Below are positions 35,039 through 45,059 of a stretch of 47,507 nt of DNA, piece after piece; position 1 is the first letter of the stretch, and every line of letters starts with the position of its first letter. The position numbers and the translations under genes were made by a program. The notes below the pieces were generated by a model, which was given only the letters and a program-made list of their open reading frames with translations, had not been told where the DNA came from and did no database searches. Source of the DNA: Deltaproteobacteria bacterium (GTDB lineage Bacteria; Desulfobacterota; Dissulfuribacteria; Dissulfuribacterales; UBA3076). Location: positions 1 through 47,507 of the forward strand of contig JAFDDO010000001.1 in NCBI GenBank assembly GCA_019310825.1. Reading direction: 5' to 3'.

Positions 35039-35880
35039 AAATTAGAAGGCCCTCTTCAGAATTCAGGTCTTCAGTATGTAGCTCCGGCTCGCGGGACAAA
35101 TCTGCCAAACCGGTATTTTCCTTGTCGTGGTCTATCCACCCTAAAATATTGGTTGGCTTAGCCATAATGTGCATTGGCTTTGTCGGCTTTTTTGTATGTC
35201 GATATTGGGCATGTCAATCTGATCTTTTCAGGATTTGTCAAGTTCTGGTGAAAGGCTGCGATCATGTAACAGAAGATGAGATTTTGCAACTGAGTGATGT
35301 GACCGCCCAGGACAATCTGCTGTCTCTCGATCTGAAATCAATTGCAACGTCCATAGAGGCGCATCCCTGGATCCATGCCGTTGAAGTTAAGAAAAAATTG
35401 CCGGATCACCTAATGATTAAGATCAAAGAACGTACGCCGGTAGCCTTATTGAACTCTGACAAAATGTATTTGGTTGATGAACAAGGTAAAATTATCGATA
35501 AGCTTTTAACGAAAGAGCGTTTTTCTCTCCCAATCATTACAGGAATTGATCCTAAAAACATTATAGATCACCAAATCAACAAATCAACAAATCAACAAAT
35601 CCAAAAGGCCATGGAATTAATATCCATGGCAAGCAAAGGCACAAGAACTCTAGGTGTCAACAATGTTAGCCAAATAGACATAGCCAAAAGAGAAACTTTA
35701 GTACTCTATACATCTGACAGCGCTATTCCTTTTTATTTTGACACTAAAAATCTCAGCGCCCAATTCAGTAAGGCGGAAAAAATCCTATATCAACTCTATC
35801 GTTCAGGAATATATAAAAAAGTAGCTAAAGTTGAGCTGGATTACGGCCCTGGCCAGGCCCTAGCCAGTCTGAAACATTAG
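35035..35880 (+). CDS. ftsQ: Cell division protein FtsQ (POTRA domain)
   Basis: ATG overlaps the murB stop (ATGA). TM helix, then POTRA (VLVKGCDHVTEDEIL...IEAHPWIHAVEVKKKLPDHLMIKIKER), in the position upstream of ftsA. Confidence 0.85.
   Translation: MKIRRPSSEFRSSVCSSGSRDKSAKPVFSLSWSIHPKILVGLAIMCIGFVGFFVCRYWACQSDLFRICQVLVKGCDHVTEDEILQLSDVTAQDNLLSLDLKSIATSIEAHPWIHAVEVKKKLPDHLMIKIKERTPVALLNSDKMYLVDEQGKIIDKLLTKERFSLPIITGIDPKNIIDHQINKSTNQQIQKAMELISMASKGTRTLGVNNVSQIDIAKRETLVLYTSDSAIPFYFDTKNLSAQFSKAEKILYQLYRSGIYKKVAKVELDYGPGQALASLKH
35569..35602. repeat. Tandem octamer array CAAATCAA x3-4 in frame in ftsQ
   Basis: caccaaatcaacaaatcaacaaatcaacaaatcc encodes HQINKSTNQQIQ. Confidence 0.85.
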
Positions 35881-35888
35881 GAGAGGAA

Positions 35889-37112
35889 ATGGTCGAGAAA
35901 CCCGGTAACATGATTGTCGGCCTAGATATCGGCACTACTAAAATATGTGCAGTAGTGGGTGAGTCCAATGAAAAGGGTTCTGAGATTATAGGCGTTGGGA
36001 CTTATCCTTCTGTAGGTCTTCGAAAGGGAGTAGTTGTCAATATAGACAACACAGTCGATTCCATACAGAGAGCCATTGAAGAGGCCGAACTCATGGCCGG
36101 GTGTGAAATAGGCTCAGTGTTCATTGGCATTGCCGGTAGTCATATAAAGGGCTTCAATAGCCATGGGGTAATAGCTGTAAAGGGTCAGGAGGTCTCCCAG
36201 GAAGACGTTGACAGAGTGATAGATGCAGCAAGGGCAGTAGCCATACCCCTTGACAGGGAGGTCATACATATCCTGCCACAAGAGTACATCGTAGATGAGC
36301 AGGGAGGGATCCTGGATCCTGTAGGGATAACCGGGGTAAGGCTAGAAGCCAAAGTACATATAGTGACAGGAGCAGTTACAGCTGCCCAGAACCTTATCAA
36401 GTGTGCAAACCGCGCAGGGCTCGACGTAGTGGATATAGTTTTTCAGCCCCTTGCCTCAGCCGAAGCAGTCTTAACCCAGGAAGAGAAGGACCTGGGAGTG
36501 GCCCTCGTGGACTTTGGGGGTGGTACTACTGATCTTGCTCTATTTACTGAAAGTGCCATCAAACATACAGCTGTGTTAGGACTTGGCGGCAACAACCTCA
36601 CTAATGACATAGCGGTCGGGTTAAGGACACCCAGTAAAGAGGCTGAACAAATAAAAATACGCAACGGTAGCTGTATCAATTCCATGGTAGATAAAGATCA
36701 GATGATAGAAGTCCCCGGTGTGGGAGGACGCAAACCCAGGCTTCTGTCCAGGCATATCCTGTCTGAAATACTTGAGCCCAGAGTGGAGGAAATCTTTACC
36801 TTGATTGACCAGGAAATAGAACGGACAGAACTTAAAGAACTATTGGCTTCGGGGATAGTTATAACCGGAGGCTCTGCCCTCCTGTCTGGAATTGCCGAGA
36901 TTGCGGATCAGGTATTCCAGTTGCCAACGAGAGTTGGCTTTCCACGGCGGATTTCCGGCCTGGTGGACGTAGTTAACGGACCCATGTTTGCCACTGCTGT
37001 AGGCCTTGTGCTCTATGGCATGGAACATCAGTCCCAAAAAAAATTCCGAATAAGGGACGGGAATATATTCAACAGGGTAACCCTTCGTATGAAATCATGG
37101 TTTAAGATTTAA
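35889..37112 (+). CDS. ftsA: Cell division protein FtsA
   Basis: Actin-like: IVGLDIGTTKICAVVGE, VDFGGGTTDLA, and a C-terminal amphipathic helix. GGAGAGG RBS. Confidence 0.95.
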   Translation: MVEKPGNMIVGLDIGTTKICAVVGESNEKGSEIIGVGTYPSVGLRKGVVVNIDNTVDSIQRAIEEAELMAGCEIGSVFIGIAGSHIKGFNSHGVIAVKGQEVSQEDVDRVIDAARAVAIPLDREVIHILPQEYIVDEQGGILDPVGITGVRLEAKVHIVTGAVTAAQNLIKCANRAGLDVVDIVFQPLASAEAVLTQEEKDLGVALVDFGGGTTDLALFTESAIKHTAVLGLGGNNLTNDIAVGLRTPSKEAEQIKIRNGSCINSMVDKDQMIEVPGVGGRKPRLLSRHILSEILEPRVEEIFTLIDQEIERTELKELLASGIVITGGSALLSGIAEIADQVFQLPTRVGFPRRISGLVDVVNGPMFATAVGLVLYGMEHQSQKKFRIRDGNIFNRVTLRMKSWFKI

Positions 37113-37150
37113 AAAAATTCCTAACCTGTTCGAGTTGGAGGACCAAGCAT

Positions 37151-38338
37151 ATGTCTTTTGAGTTTGTAGAACCAAAACTTACTGCAAGGATAAAGGCAAT
37201 AGGAGTCGGGGGTGGAGGTGGAAACGCTATTAACAGTATGATAGCCTCCGAGCTCAAGGGTGTGGAATTCATAGCTGCAAACACGGATTCCCAGGCCCTT
37301 GAAGTGTCAAGGGCCGGCGCAAAAATTCAGTTGGGTAAAGGGCTTACTAAGGGACTCGGAGCAGGAGCAAAACCTGAAATTGGCAGGGAATCCGCAGAAG
37401 AGAGCATAGACGATATCAGGACAATGCTGGAAGGAAGCGATATGGTCTTCATCACTGCCGGCATGGGTGGAGGTACCGGCACCGGAGGGGCCCCTGTTAT
37501 TGCGGAAATAAGTAAGGAAATGGGTGCCCTTACAGTAGCAGTAGTGACAAAACCGTTTTCCTTTGAAGGAAAACGCAGGATGCGTGTGGCTGAAGAGGGA
37601 ATAGAAGAATTAAAAGATGTTGTAGATACCATAATAACCATTCCAAACGACCGACTCAAAAACCTTGCCCAACCCAATACTCCCATACTGGAGATGTTCC
37701 GAAAGGCAGATGAGGTCCTTTACTATGCAGTAAGAGGCATTTCAGACCTCATAGTCCTGAGAGGGTATATAAACGTAGACTTCGCAGATGTTCGCACTGT
37801 CACGGCTGAAATGGGGATGGCCCTTATGGGTACTGGTGTTGCCAAAGGACCGCGCAGGGCCTTGGAGGCAATACAGATGGCCATATCCAATCCCTTGCTA
37901 GAAGACATATCCATAAGCGGTGCCAGGGGCATCCTCATGAATATTACTGCGAGCAGTTCTACTCTTAGCATGGAGGAGGTAGAACAGTCATCCTCTTTGA
38001 TTCACGACGAGGCCCATGAAGACGCCAATATCATCCTCGGCACTGTATTTGATGACGACATAAATGAAGAAATCAGAGTAACAGTAATAGCTACAGGTAT
38101 AGGGCCTGATGCCCTTTCCTTTGGAAAGCACATTGTTACACCTATAGAATCTATTAAGAAAAAAAATAAGATTATAAAACTGGATCATGATCCGACAACC
38201 CACATACAAAAGGATCCTATTAGGATATCCGACCACATAAAGAATCCGAGAAAACAAGTATTAGACTTTGAGGGCCTTGATAAAGTGGACACCGATGAGT
38301 TGGATATTCCTGCCTTTATCAGGCAAAAGGCGGACTAA
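37151..38338 (+). CDS. ftsZ: Cell division GTPase FtsZ
   Basis: IKAIGVGGGGGNAINSM, the tubulin signature GGGTGTGGAPVIA, and the conserved C-terminal peptide DIPAFIRQKAD. Confidence 0.97.
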   Translation: MSFEFVEPKLTARIKAIGVGGGGGNAINSMIASELKGVEFIAANTDSQALEVSRAGAKIQLGKGLTKGLGAGAKPEIGRESAEESIDDIRTMLEGSDMVFITAGMGGGTGTGGAPVIAEISKEMGALTVAVVTKPFSFEGKRRMRVAEEGIEELKDVVDTIITIPNDRLKNLAQPNTPILEMFRKADEVLYYAVRGISDLIVLRGYINVDFADVRTVTAEMGMALMGTGVAKGPRRALEAIQMAISNPLLEDISISGARGILMNITASSSTLSMEEVEQSSSLIHDEAHEDANIILGTVFDDDINEEIRVTVIATGIGPDALSFGKHIVTPIESIKKKNKIIKLDHDPTTHIQKDPIRISDHIKNPRKQVLDFEGLDKVDTDELDIPAFIRQKAD

Positions 38339-38369
38339 GGATTTATAAAGAATTCTAAATTTTTCGACA

Positions 38370-38393
38370 CTTCAATCTTCAATCTTCAATTCC
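38370..38393. repeat. Tandem heptamer array CTTCAAT x3 supplying the last codons and stop of cdaR (minus strand)
   Basis: cttcaatcttcaatcttcaattcc. The minus-strand reading gives ...ELKIED followed by the stop. Confidence 0.8.
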
Positions 38394-39316
38394 TTAATCT
38401 TTTCCTCAGGAATATTCACTTTGATATTTTTGGGTGTTATCTCCATTAATGTAAATCCTTCAGGGACAATGCATTCAGGTTTCACCGAACGGACTCCAGG
38501 CTCAAGCCCCTTCACTGAAATCCCAACATATATATCTGTGACCTTGATTTCTCTGATATCCAGCATAGGCCCTCGTAAAGTCACGCTCACTATTCTAGGC
38601 CACCATAAAATATCGGACTTGCTAGTTTCAATCTGTACCGGTATATGAGTGATGCGCCTTGTGCCCTGTGCAGGCACTATATGTACAGTGACTTTATATG
38701 TTCCCTTCTCTTCAAGTAATACATGGAGTCCCTGTAGATCCAGACCTACCTCCCTTATAATATCATCCGAAGCCCCATCAAGGTCCACGGGGAATGTCCT
38801 TATTTCCTTCATAGCCTTTATTATACTTTCAGGCCCTGAAATAACCACTCTAGAAGGAAATACATCCGTGTCTAAGACCTTGTGATATTTAGCAACCATG
38901 CCTTTTAGAACAGGCTTTACTGGAAAATCGCTTAACACGAGAGGCTCCAGCACAATTTCAACATTGCTAGGCTGTATTCTAAGTGCTCGAACTGCCCCGG
39001 GTAAAGAAAGGCTATCGGGTGATAAGTGAACAGTGGTTTTGCCTGGTGTTGCGTCTTTAAGATCAATTACCCTAAAAACACCCTTAGTAGCCATGGCGCG
39101 AATCATGCTACGGGGGCCATAGACTCTAACATCAATATTAGAAGGAATATCGTTGGCTATTACAAGATCCGCGGGTATATTTACTAGCTCAAGTGGAATG
39201 GAAACGTTTACCTCGGCCTTTTGCTCTCCAACCACAAAGAACCAAAGTAGCAAAGCAAATCCCAATGAAAGCAACTTGATAACCCAGTCTTTTCGAATAG
39301 AACCTCGCCAGCGCAC
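38372..39316 (-). CDS. cdaR: YbbR-domain protein CdaR (regulator of diadenylate cyclase)
   Basis: N-terminal TM helix (KLLSLGFALLLWFFV), then repeated YbbR-like beta modules (VSIPLELVNIP...IDVRVYGP). Starts 1 nt after the cdaA stop (cdaA ends 39320, cdaR starts 39316, GTG). Confidence 0.8.
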   Translation of the reverse strand: MRWRGSIRKDWVIKLLSLGFALLLWFFVVGEQKAEVNVSIPLELVNIPADLVIANDIPSNIDVRVYGPRSMIRAMATKGVFRVIDLKDATPGKTTVHLSPDSLSLPGAVRALRIQPSNVEIVLEPLVLSDFPVKPVLKGMVAKYHKVLDTDVFPSRVVISGPESIIKAMKEIRTFPVDLDGASDDIIREVGLDLQGLHVLLEEKGTYKVTVHIVPAQGTRRITHIPVQIETSKSDILWWPRIVSVTLRGPMLDIREIKVTDIYVGISVKGLEPGVRSVKPECIVPEGFTLMEITPKNIKVNIPEEKIKELKIED

Positions 39317-39319
39317 AGA

Positions 39320-40117
39320 CTAAACTATCCTCCTTCGCCACCATGGTTTTTCAGTCTCTTCAGGCGCAAAGGCGTTCTGCAGGATACGCCTGAGCGTGCC
39401 CAGATCTATGTCTCTGGTGATTTTTCCGGCAATGGCCACAGAGAGACTGCCGGTTTCCTCAGAAACGACCACTACCACAGCATCGGTCTGCTCGGTTATA
39501 CCTATAGCTGCCCTGTGTCTGGTGCCCAGGCGTTTGCTGATGCTTGGGTTCGTGCTCAAAGGCAGCACGCATCCAGCCACTAAAAGCCTATTCTTTTGAA
39601 TAATTACTGCACCGTCATGTAACGGTGTCCCCTTGTAAAATATTGTACAGAGCAAAGCACGAGTTACTCGCCCGTCAATTATCACTCCTGACTCAAGGTG
39701 GTCCCTTAAGCCCACATCCCTCTCAAGTACTATCAAGGCGCCTGTATGGTTCTCTGTTAAAGTAGTAACTGCCTTTGCAATCTCTTCAAGGACCCGGAAG
39801 GTCTTTACCCGAAGTTTCGGAAAAGGGGTCTGGCCCATCTGAGCCAGCGCTCTGCGAATATCGTCTTGAAATACTATTATGATGAGTAGAAACAAAGAGC
39901 TAAGGATGGTCCCCAGGAGCCAGTGAAGAGTGAAGAGTTTCAACTCGCCGGCTGCAAAATAAATCACAATAATTAAAGCCAGCCCTGCTGCCATCTGTAC
40001 AGCACGGGTTCCCCTGATAAGAAGGACGATACGGTATATGATGTAGGAGACCACCAAAATGTCCACTACATCCTGCCACCGAATTATTGGTATATATTGA
40101 GTAAGGCTATCAAGCAT
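39320..40117 (-). CDS. cdaA: Diadenylate cyclase CdaA (DisA_N/DAC domain, membrane-anchored)
   Basis: Three N-terminal TM helices, then GALIVLERD, PLHDGAVII, GTRHRAAIGITEQTDAVVVVVSEETG. Confidence 0.9.
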   Translation of the reverse strand: MLDSLTQYIPIIRWQDVVDILVVSYIIYRIVLLIRGTRAVQMAAGLALIIVIYFAAGELKLFTLHWLLGTILSSLFLLIIIVFQDDIRRALAQMGQTPFPKLRVKTFRVLEEIAKAVTTLTENHTGALIVLERDVGLRDHLESGVIIDGRVTRALLCTIFYKGTPLHDGAVIIQKNRLLVAGCVLPLSTNPSISKRLGTRHRAAIGITEQTDAVVVVVSEETGSLSVAIAGKITRDIDLGTLRRILQNAFAPEETEKPWWRRRIV

Positions 40118-40144
40118 TAAAAATTACACTGTATTATAGATAAT

Positions 40145-40270
40145 GCTGAATTTTGAATGTTGAATTGTGGAAGAACTTTTAAAAGAGATACACCTTTAAT
40201 CACACAGGTCATATTTTTTGAGATAAGGATGCCCTTTACCTTAATTCAGCATTCACAATTCAACATTTTT
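40145..40270. repeat. Hairpin element between folP and cdaA: arms of gaatgttgaatt-type repeats, 14-bp perfect core stem
   Basis: aatgttgaattgtg (40156-40169) pairs with cacaattcaacatt (40254-40267). The arms extend as degenerate tandem units and the interior is 84 nt. Confidence 0.75.
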
Positions 40271-40273
40271 TTA

Positions 40274-41125
40274 TTAAAGGCTTTCTCTGCAAATAGCATC
40301 AACTACCTGGAGCACCTGTCTGGTGAGGGCAACATTATGGACCCGCACCAAATCCGCTCCCCTCATGGCTGATGCTGCAATCGCACCCAGAGTAGCCACG
40401 TCACGTTCCTCTGCCTCTTTTATCCCGACTATTGCTCCCAGAAAGGCCTTCCGCGACGCACCCACCATGACCGGCACCCCCAACTCGGCAAACTCATGCA
40501 AACGATTTATCAATACCAGGTTGTCCTGAAAACTTTTCCCGAACCCAATGCCGGGGTCAATCAGCATCTTTCCCTTGGGAATGCCCCTGCTATTGGCCCA
40601 GGCTATTCGTTTTGCCAAAAAGCCTTTGACCTCCCCAACCACATCCTCATAGTAGGGATCCACCTGCATATCTCTGGGACTCCCCTTCATATGCATAAGT
40701 ACAACAGGGGCTTTAAAGGCAGATGCTACCTCGGCCCTTTGGGGATCAAAACGTAGTGCACTGATATCATTGATAATATCAGCTCCCTCGCAAAGCGCGG
40801 CCTTGGCTACTTCAGCCTTTACAGTATCAACAGATATCGGGCAATCACTGATTTCCCGTATCTCCCTTATGACAGGTATCACCCGACGCAATTCTTCTTC
40901 CAGGGTAACAGGCTCTGAGAAAGGCCGGGCAGACTCCCCTCCTATGTCCATGATATCAGCTCCGGCAGCAACCAGCGAGGCGGCCTGCCGCTTAGCCCCT
41001 TCCGGAGAAAAAAATTTCCCACCATCTGAAAATGAATCAGGGGTCACGTTTATGACCCCCATGATATATGTGCGAGAACCCCAGTGGAATGTATGCTCTT
41101 TTATTGCCAAACTGGGGAGAGCCAT
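40274..41125 (-). CDS. folP: Dihydropteroate synthase FolP
   Basis: IMGVINVTPDSFSDGG, DIGGESARP, SVDT, INDISA, DPGIGFGK. Confidence 0.95.
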   Translation of the reverse strand: MALPSLAIKEHTFHWGSRTYIMGVINVTPDSFSDGGKFFSPEGAKRQAASLVAAGADIMDIGGESARPFSEPVTLEEELRRVIPVIREIREISDCPISVDTVKAEVAKAALCEGADIINDISALRFDPQRAEVASAFKAPVVLMHMKGSPRDMQVDPYYEDVVGEVKGFLAKRIAWANSRGIPKGKMLIDPGIGFGKSFQDNLVLINRLHEFAELGVPVMVGASRKAFLGAIVGIKEAEERDVATLGAIAASAMRGADLVRVHNVALTRQVLQVVDAICRESL

Positions 41126-41183
41126 CCTTGTAACCGTTCACACTTTTTGGCAGGGAGTAAATAATTGCGCCATTCTTGTAGTA

Positions 41184-43007
41184 TCAGGCGCCTGCCGTTT
41201 GAATCTGAGTATCTTTTCGGCAGTTACCCATTATTTGTTCAATATTTGCTGCATCAAGGGATTCCTTCTCCAATAAGGCATTGGCAATACCGTGAAGGCA
41301 ATCAATATCCTCTTGAATCACGGATTTGGCTCGTTTGTATGAATCATGCACTATTTTCAGGATCTCTTTATCTATTCTCTGGGCGGTATCCTCGCTGTAG
41401 TCCTTAACATGTCCAAAGTCCCTGCCAAGAAACGGGTGTTCTTCCTTCTTGCCAAATGTTATCGGGCCAAGCCCATCACTCATACCCCACTCACAGACCA
41501 TCTTTCTCGCCAGGTGTGAGGCCCTTTCAATATCATTTCCCGCCCCGGTGGTAAATTCATTCATTATTAGCTCTTCCGCTACCCGGCCTCCCATAAGAAT
41601 TGCAATGTTGTTAAGAAGATATGACCTTGGATAGCTATGACGCTCTTCTTCTGGAAGCTGCTGGGTGAGCCCAAGGGCACGGCCCCTTGGTATGATGGTC
41701 ACCTTGTGAATCGGATCAGTGCCTGGGAGAATTTTTGCCACCAATGTGTGTCCTGCTTCATGGTAAGCAGTTATGCGCTTTTCCTCATCCGAGATGATAA
41801 GGCTTTTTCTCTCGATGCCCATGAGCACCTTGTCTTTGGCCTTCTCAAAGTCGGCCATGCTAACGGTCTCTTTGTTATCTCTGGCCGCAAGAAGGGCTGC
41901 CTCGTTTACAAGATTTTCAAGGTCGGCCCCGGAAAACCCTGGTGTACCCCTGGCAATTACTGACAGTTCGACATCCGGTCCAAGCGGAACATTATTCACG
42001 TGTACCTTCAATATCTTTTCACGTCCCCTGAGATCGGGTACAGGGACAACTACCTGTCGATCAAAACGGCCAGGTCTTAACAAGGCCGGATCCAGCACAT
42101 CAGGCCTGTTGGTAGCTGAAATCAAAATAACACCTTCATTGCTCTCAAAACCGTCCATTTCCACCAGGAGCTGATTTAACGTCTGTTCCCTTTCATCATG
42201 CCCGCCCCCGAGACCAGCACCCCTGTGACGGCCTACTGCATCTAACTCATCAATGAAGATAATGCATGGTGCATTCTTCTTCGCCTGGACAAAGAGGTCT
42301 CTTACCCTGGAAGCACCTACACCAACAAACATCTCCACAAAGTCAGACCCGCTGATAGTGAAAAACGGCACATCCGCTTCTCCGGCTATGGCCCTGGCCA
42401 AAAGGGTTTTTCCTGTACCAGGTGACCCGATCAGCAGGACACCCTTTGGAATTCTTCCACCGAGACGGGTGAACTTTTTGGGATCTTTCAAAAAGTCGAT
42501 TATTTCCTCCAGTTCCTCCTTGGCCTCTTCTATGCCTGCCACGTCTTTAAAAGTAACCTTGGTACCCTGATCAGTAACAAGCTTGGCCTTGCTGCGACCA
42601 AAGGATAGGGCGCGACCGCCTCCTGTTTGCATCTGTCTCATGAAGAAAATCCATACGCCTATGAGGAGCAACATAGGAAACCACGAAATCAGCAATGCAA
42701 GATACCAAGGCGTATTCTCAACAGGTTTCACCTGAATAGTAACCCTTTTTTCTTTTAACAAATGCATCATATCGGGGTCCTGAGCAGGTATTACAGTGAG
42801 AAAAGGTAACTGGCTCTCAAATACACCTTCAAGTTTGTCTCCTTGGATAACAACATTGGTCACCTCACCTTTTTTAACATGTTCCAAAAAGCCGCTATAA
42901 GGAATCTCCTGTATTGATTTCTGAGGCTCGTTAAAAAGATTGAATATAAAGACCATCACAAGGCCAATAACAAGCCACAGGCTCAAGTTCCTGTAAAAGG
43001 TGTTCAA
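41184..43007 (-). CDS. ftsH: ATP-dependent zinc metalloprotease FtsH
   Basis: TM-periplasmic-TM N-terminus, AAA+ Walker [12 protein letters not shown], Walker [12 protein letters not shown], and zinc motif HEAGH. TTG start 7 nt after GGAGG. Confidence 0.97.
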   Translation of the reverse strand: MNTFYRNLSLWLVIGLVMVFIFNLFNEPQKSIQEIPYSGFLEHVKKGEVTNVVIQGDKLEGVFESQLPFLTVIPAQDPDMMHLLKEKRVTIQVKPVENTPWYLALLISWFPMLLLIGVWIFFMRQMQTGGGRALSFGRSKAKLVTDQGTKVTFKDVAGIEEAKEELEEIIDFLKDPKKFTRLGGRIPKGVLLIGSPGTGKTLLARAIAGEADVPFFTISGSDFVEMFVGVGASRVRDLFVQAKKNAPCIIFIDELDAVGRHRGAGLGGGHDEREQTLNQLLVEMDGFESNEGVILISATNRPDVLDPALLRPGRFDRQVVVPVPDLRGREKILKVHVNNVPLGPDVELSVIARGTPGFSGADLENLVNEAALLAARDNKETVSMADFEKAKDKVLMGIERKSLIISDEEKRITAYHEAGHTLVAKILPGTDPIHKVTIIPRGRALGLTQQLPEEERHSYPRSYLLNNIAILMGGRVAEELIMNEFTTGAGNDIERASHLARKMVCEWGMSDGLGPITFGKKEEHPFLGRDFGHVKDYSEDTAQRIDKEILKIVHDSYKRAKSVIQEDIDCLHGIANALLEKESLDAANIEQIMGNCRKDTQIQTAGA

Positions 43008-43103
43008 AAGTAATCCTCCGCTACACTAGTATATTTTTTAAACATAAATCAAAAAACATAATAAATCAAAATAACGAATTGAATACAATAATTATTTGGC
43101 GTC

Positions 43104-43244
43104 CTTCACGACAAGTCAAAAGTGGTTTACACTTTGTTGATCTTGTATTTTGGCAGTGAAATTTGAAACTTGAAATTGGAAAAAATACAAAAATGTAGAT
43201 GCGTTACCTAATTTCGAATTTCGAATTTCCAGGTTCAACATCGG
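43104..43244. repeat. ~145-nt intergenic element, copy B (partner at 8433-8580)
   Basis: cttcacgacaagtcaaaagtggtttacactttgttgatcttgtattttggcagtgaaatttgaaacttgaaattgg...cctaatttcgaatttcgaatttccaggttcaacatcgg aligns collinearly with copy A. Confidence 0.75.
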
Positions 43245-43312
43245 CATTAAATTCGATAATACACGCTTTTTCAAAAAAAGTATAAACTCGTGAATGAAGG
43301 ATGCCAATTATT

Positions 43313-44815
43313 TTACTTTATCCACTGAAGCGAAAGCGCCTTTCTGCTCGTTTGAACGAGCCTATAGGGATGGGAGACTTCAACCCCCACTACTGCTAAT
43401 ACTTCCTTGCCTCTGGTGAGTAATGGCAAAGAGCCCCTGACCCCACGGGGAATTTTGTTTGAGATCAAGAATTTCTTGAGCTTAAAAGGCGCTGGGGCGC
43501 CCAAGGGCCAAAAAAATTCCCCAGGCCTTCTTGTCCTAAGATCCAGAGGAAACTTAACAGCCTCAGGATTTAACCACAGGGGCCTGAAATACTCCTTTCG
43601 ATTTCGGGACCTAAAGTCACTCGCAACCTCTGAGAGTGAAATCTCCACGTATCCCTTTCCACGAGAATTAGGCCAACGCCCCGGTCCGGTAACGCATACA
43701 GAAAAACTGCCTTCATTTGAATCCAAAATTTGTTCTTCCGGACTAGAAGAGGAAATAAATAGCTCTTCATATCTTCTAAATGCTACCGCACCTCCGGGCA
43801 GTCTGCATGAGGCACAAGGGTCTTTACAGGTAGTAACTAACTGATCTATCCCCAAGAGATGGCTGGCTCTTACCCTGCCACTGAATAATCTTAAATCCCT
43901 CAGGGCCATTCTGTAAATCCTGCGGCGAATCGGCTCCGGATGCCCTTTAACCCTTTTTACACTGAAGCCCAGTTTTCCCTCCTGGGAAGGGAATGACAAT
44001 GAATCCTGATATGCCTCTTCTGCCATCTTTTCCAACAGCTGATGATCTTCTGCCAGAATCTCTGCCGTGCGATTAACAGTACGCACAATGGCAGGGTTGA
44101 AACCCTCAGCCAAAAGCGGCAGGAGGTCTTTGCGAATGCGATTGCGCAGATATGCCCTGCTATTATTAGATTGATCTATTACGAATGGGATATCATGGAC
44201 TTTAAGATGGCCCAGTATCTGCTGCTTGGTTACACCCAGTAGCGGACGGACTATATAGTTATCTCTCACCCATGGAATTCCACTAAGTCCCGGAAGGCCT
44301 GCACCTCTGATCAACCGCAGCAGCACCTCTTCTGCCTGGTCGTCAGCAGTATGTGCTGTGGCAATATATGTGCACTTAGTTTCAGTACACACACGTTCCA
44401 GAAATTTATACCTGAGAATTCGGGCAGCCTCCTGAATTCCTATGCCTTCTCTGCTGGCAAAGGCCCTGACATTGCCATGCTCAATGGAAAAACCGAGTTC
44501 AAAATCATGGGACAGCTTCTCAACAAAACGGGCATCTTCTCTGGATTCCCGGCCCCTGAGGCCATGCTCAAAGTGGGCCACTTCAAGGCCCAGCCCCCAC
44601 TGGCTACTCAGTAAATAAAGAATATGCAGCAAACAGACAGAATCCGGCCCACCTGAAACTGCCACTACTATTCTGGTTCCAGGTTCAAAAAGTTCCTTAC
44701 GTCTGACAGTCAACTTGATCAGTGAAGTTAAAGATGAAATCTCAGACTTCGGGAAAGATGATGTATGGGTCCTCTTGGCACCGAATCTTAACAGGATCAG
44801 CCACCCCTCATACAT
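43313..44815 (-). CDS. tilS: tRNA(Ile)-lysidine synthase TilS
   Basis: PP-loop VAVSGGPDSVCLL, plus TAHTADDQAEEVLLRLIRG. Conserved position upstream of ftsH. Confidence 0.85.
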   Translation of the reverse strand: MYEGWLILLRFGAKRTHTSSFPKSEISSLTSLIKLTVRRKELFEPGTRIVVAVSGGPDSVCLLHILYLLSSQWGLGLEVAHFEHGLRGRESREDARFVEKLSHDFELGFSIEHGNVRAFASREGIGIQEAARILRYKFLERVCTETKCTYIATAHTADDQAEEVLLRLIRGAGLPGLSGIPWVRDNYIVRPLLGVTKQQILGHLKVHDIPFVIDQSNNSRAYLRNRIRKDLLPLLAEGFNPAIVRTVNRTAEILAEDHQLLEKMAEEAYQDSLSFPSQEGKLGFSVKRVKGHPEPIRRRIYRMALRDLRLFSGRVRASHLLGIDQLVTTCKDPCASCRLPGGAVAFRRYEELFISSSSPEEQILDSNEGSFSVCVTGPGRWPNSRGKGYVEISLSEVASDFRSRNRKEYFRPLWLNPEAVKFPLDLRTRRPGEFFWPLGAPAPFKLKKFLISNKIPRGVRGSLPLLTRGKEVLAVVGVEVSHPYRLVQTSRKALSLQWIK

Positions 44816-45059
44816 GTATTAAGATCAGCTAGGATAACCATAATCTTTTGCTGAAGATACCCTATTTTCGGTATTATTTCAATTTCAGGAATTGCCTGTC
44901 GCTGCTGCCACGGAGTTAATATACTCTACATGGTCAGGAATTGTGTTTTTTGAATAAGTCGGAATTATAAAAAAATTGAACCGCTAATAGATACGAAGAT
45001 GGTTTTATTTTCGCATTCCTCGTAATCTTCGTAATAAAAAAATGGACAGCAATCCTGCA

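Noticed and set aside
44985-45059. Hairpin tacgaagat...atcttcgta after the MTHFR-fusion gene, as a Rho-independent terminator
   Set aside because: The loop is 27 nt and the run of A/T lies on the wrong side of the stem for the minus-strand gene. This is not a convincing intrinsic terminator.
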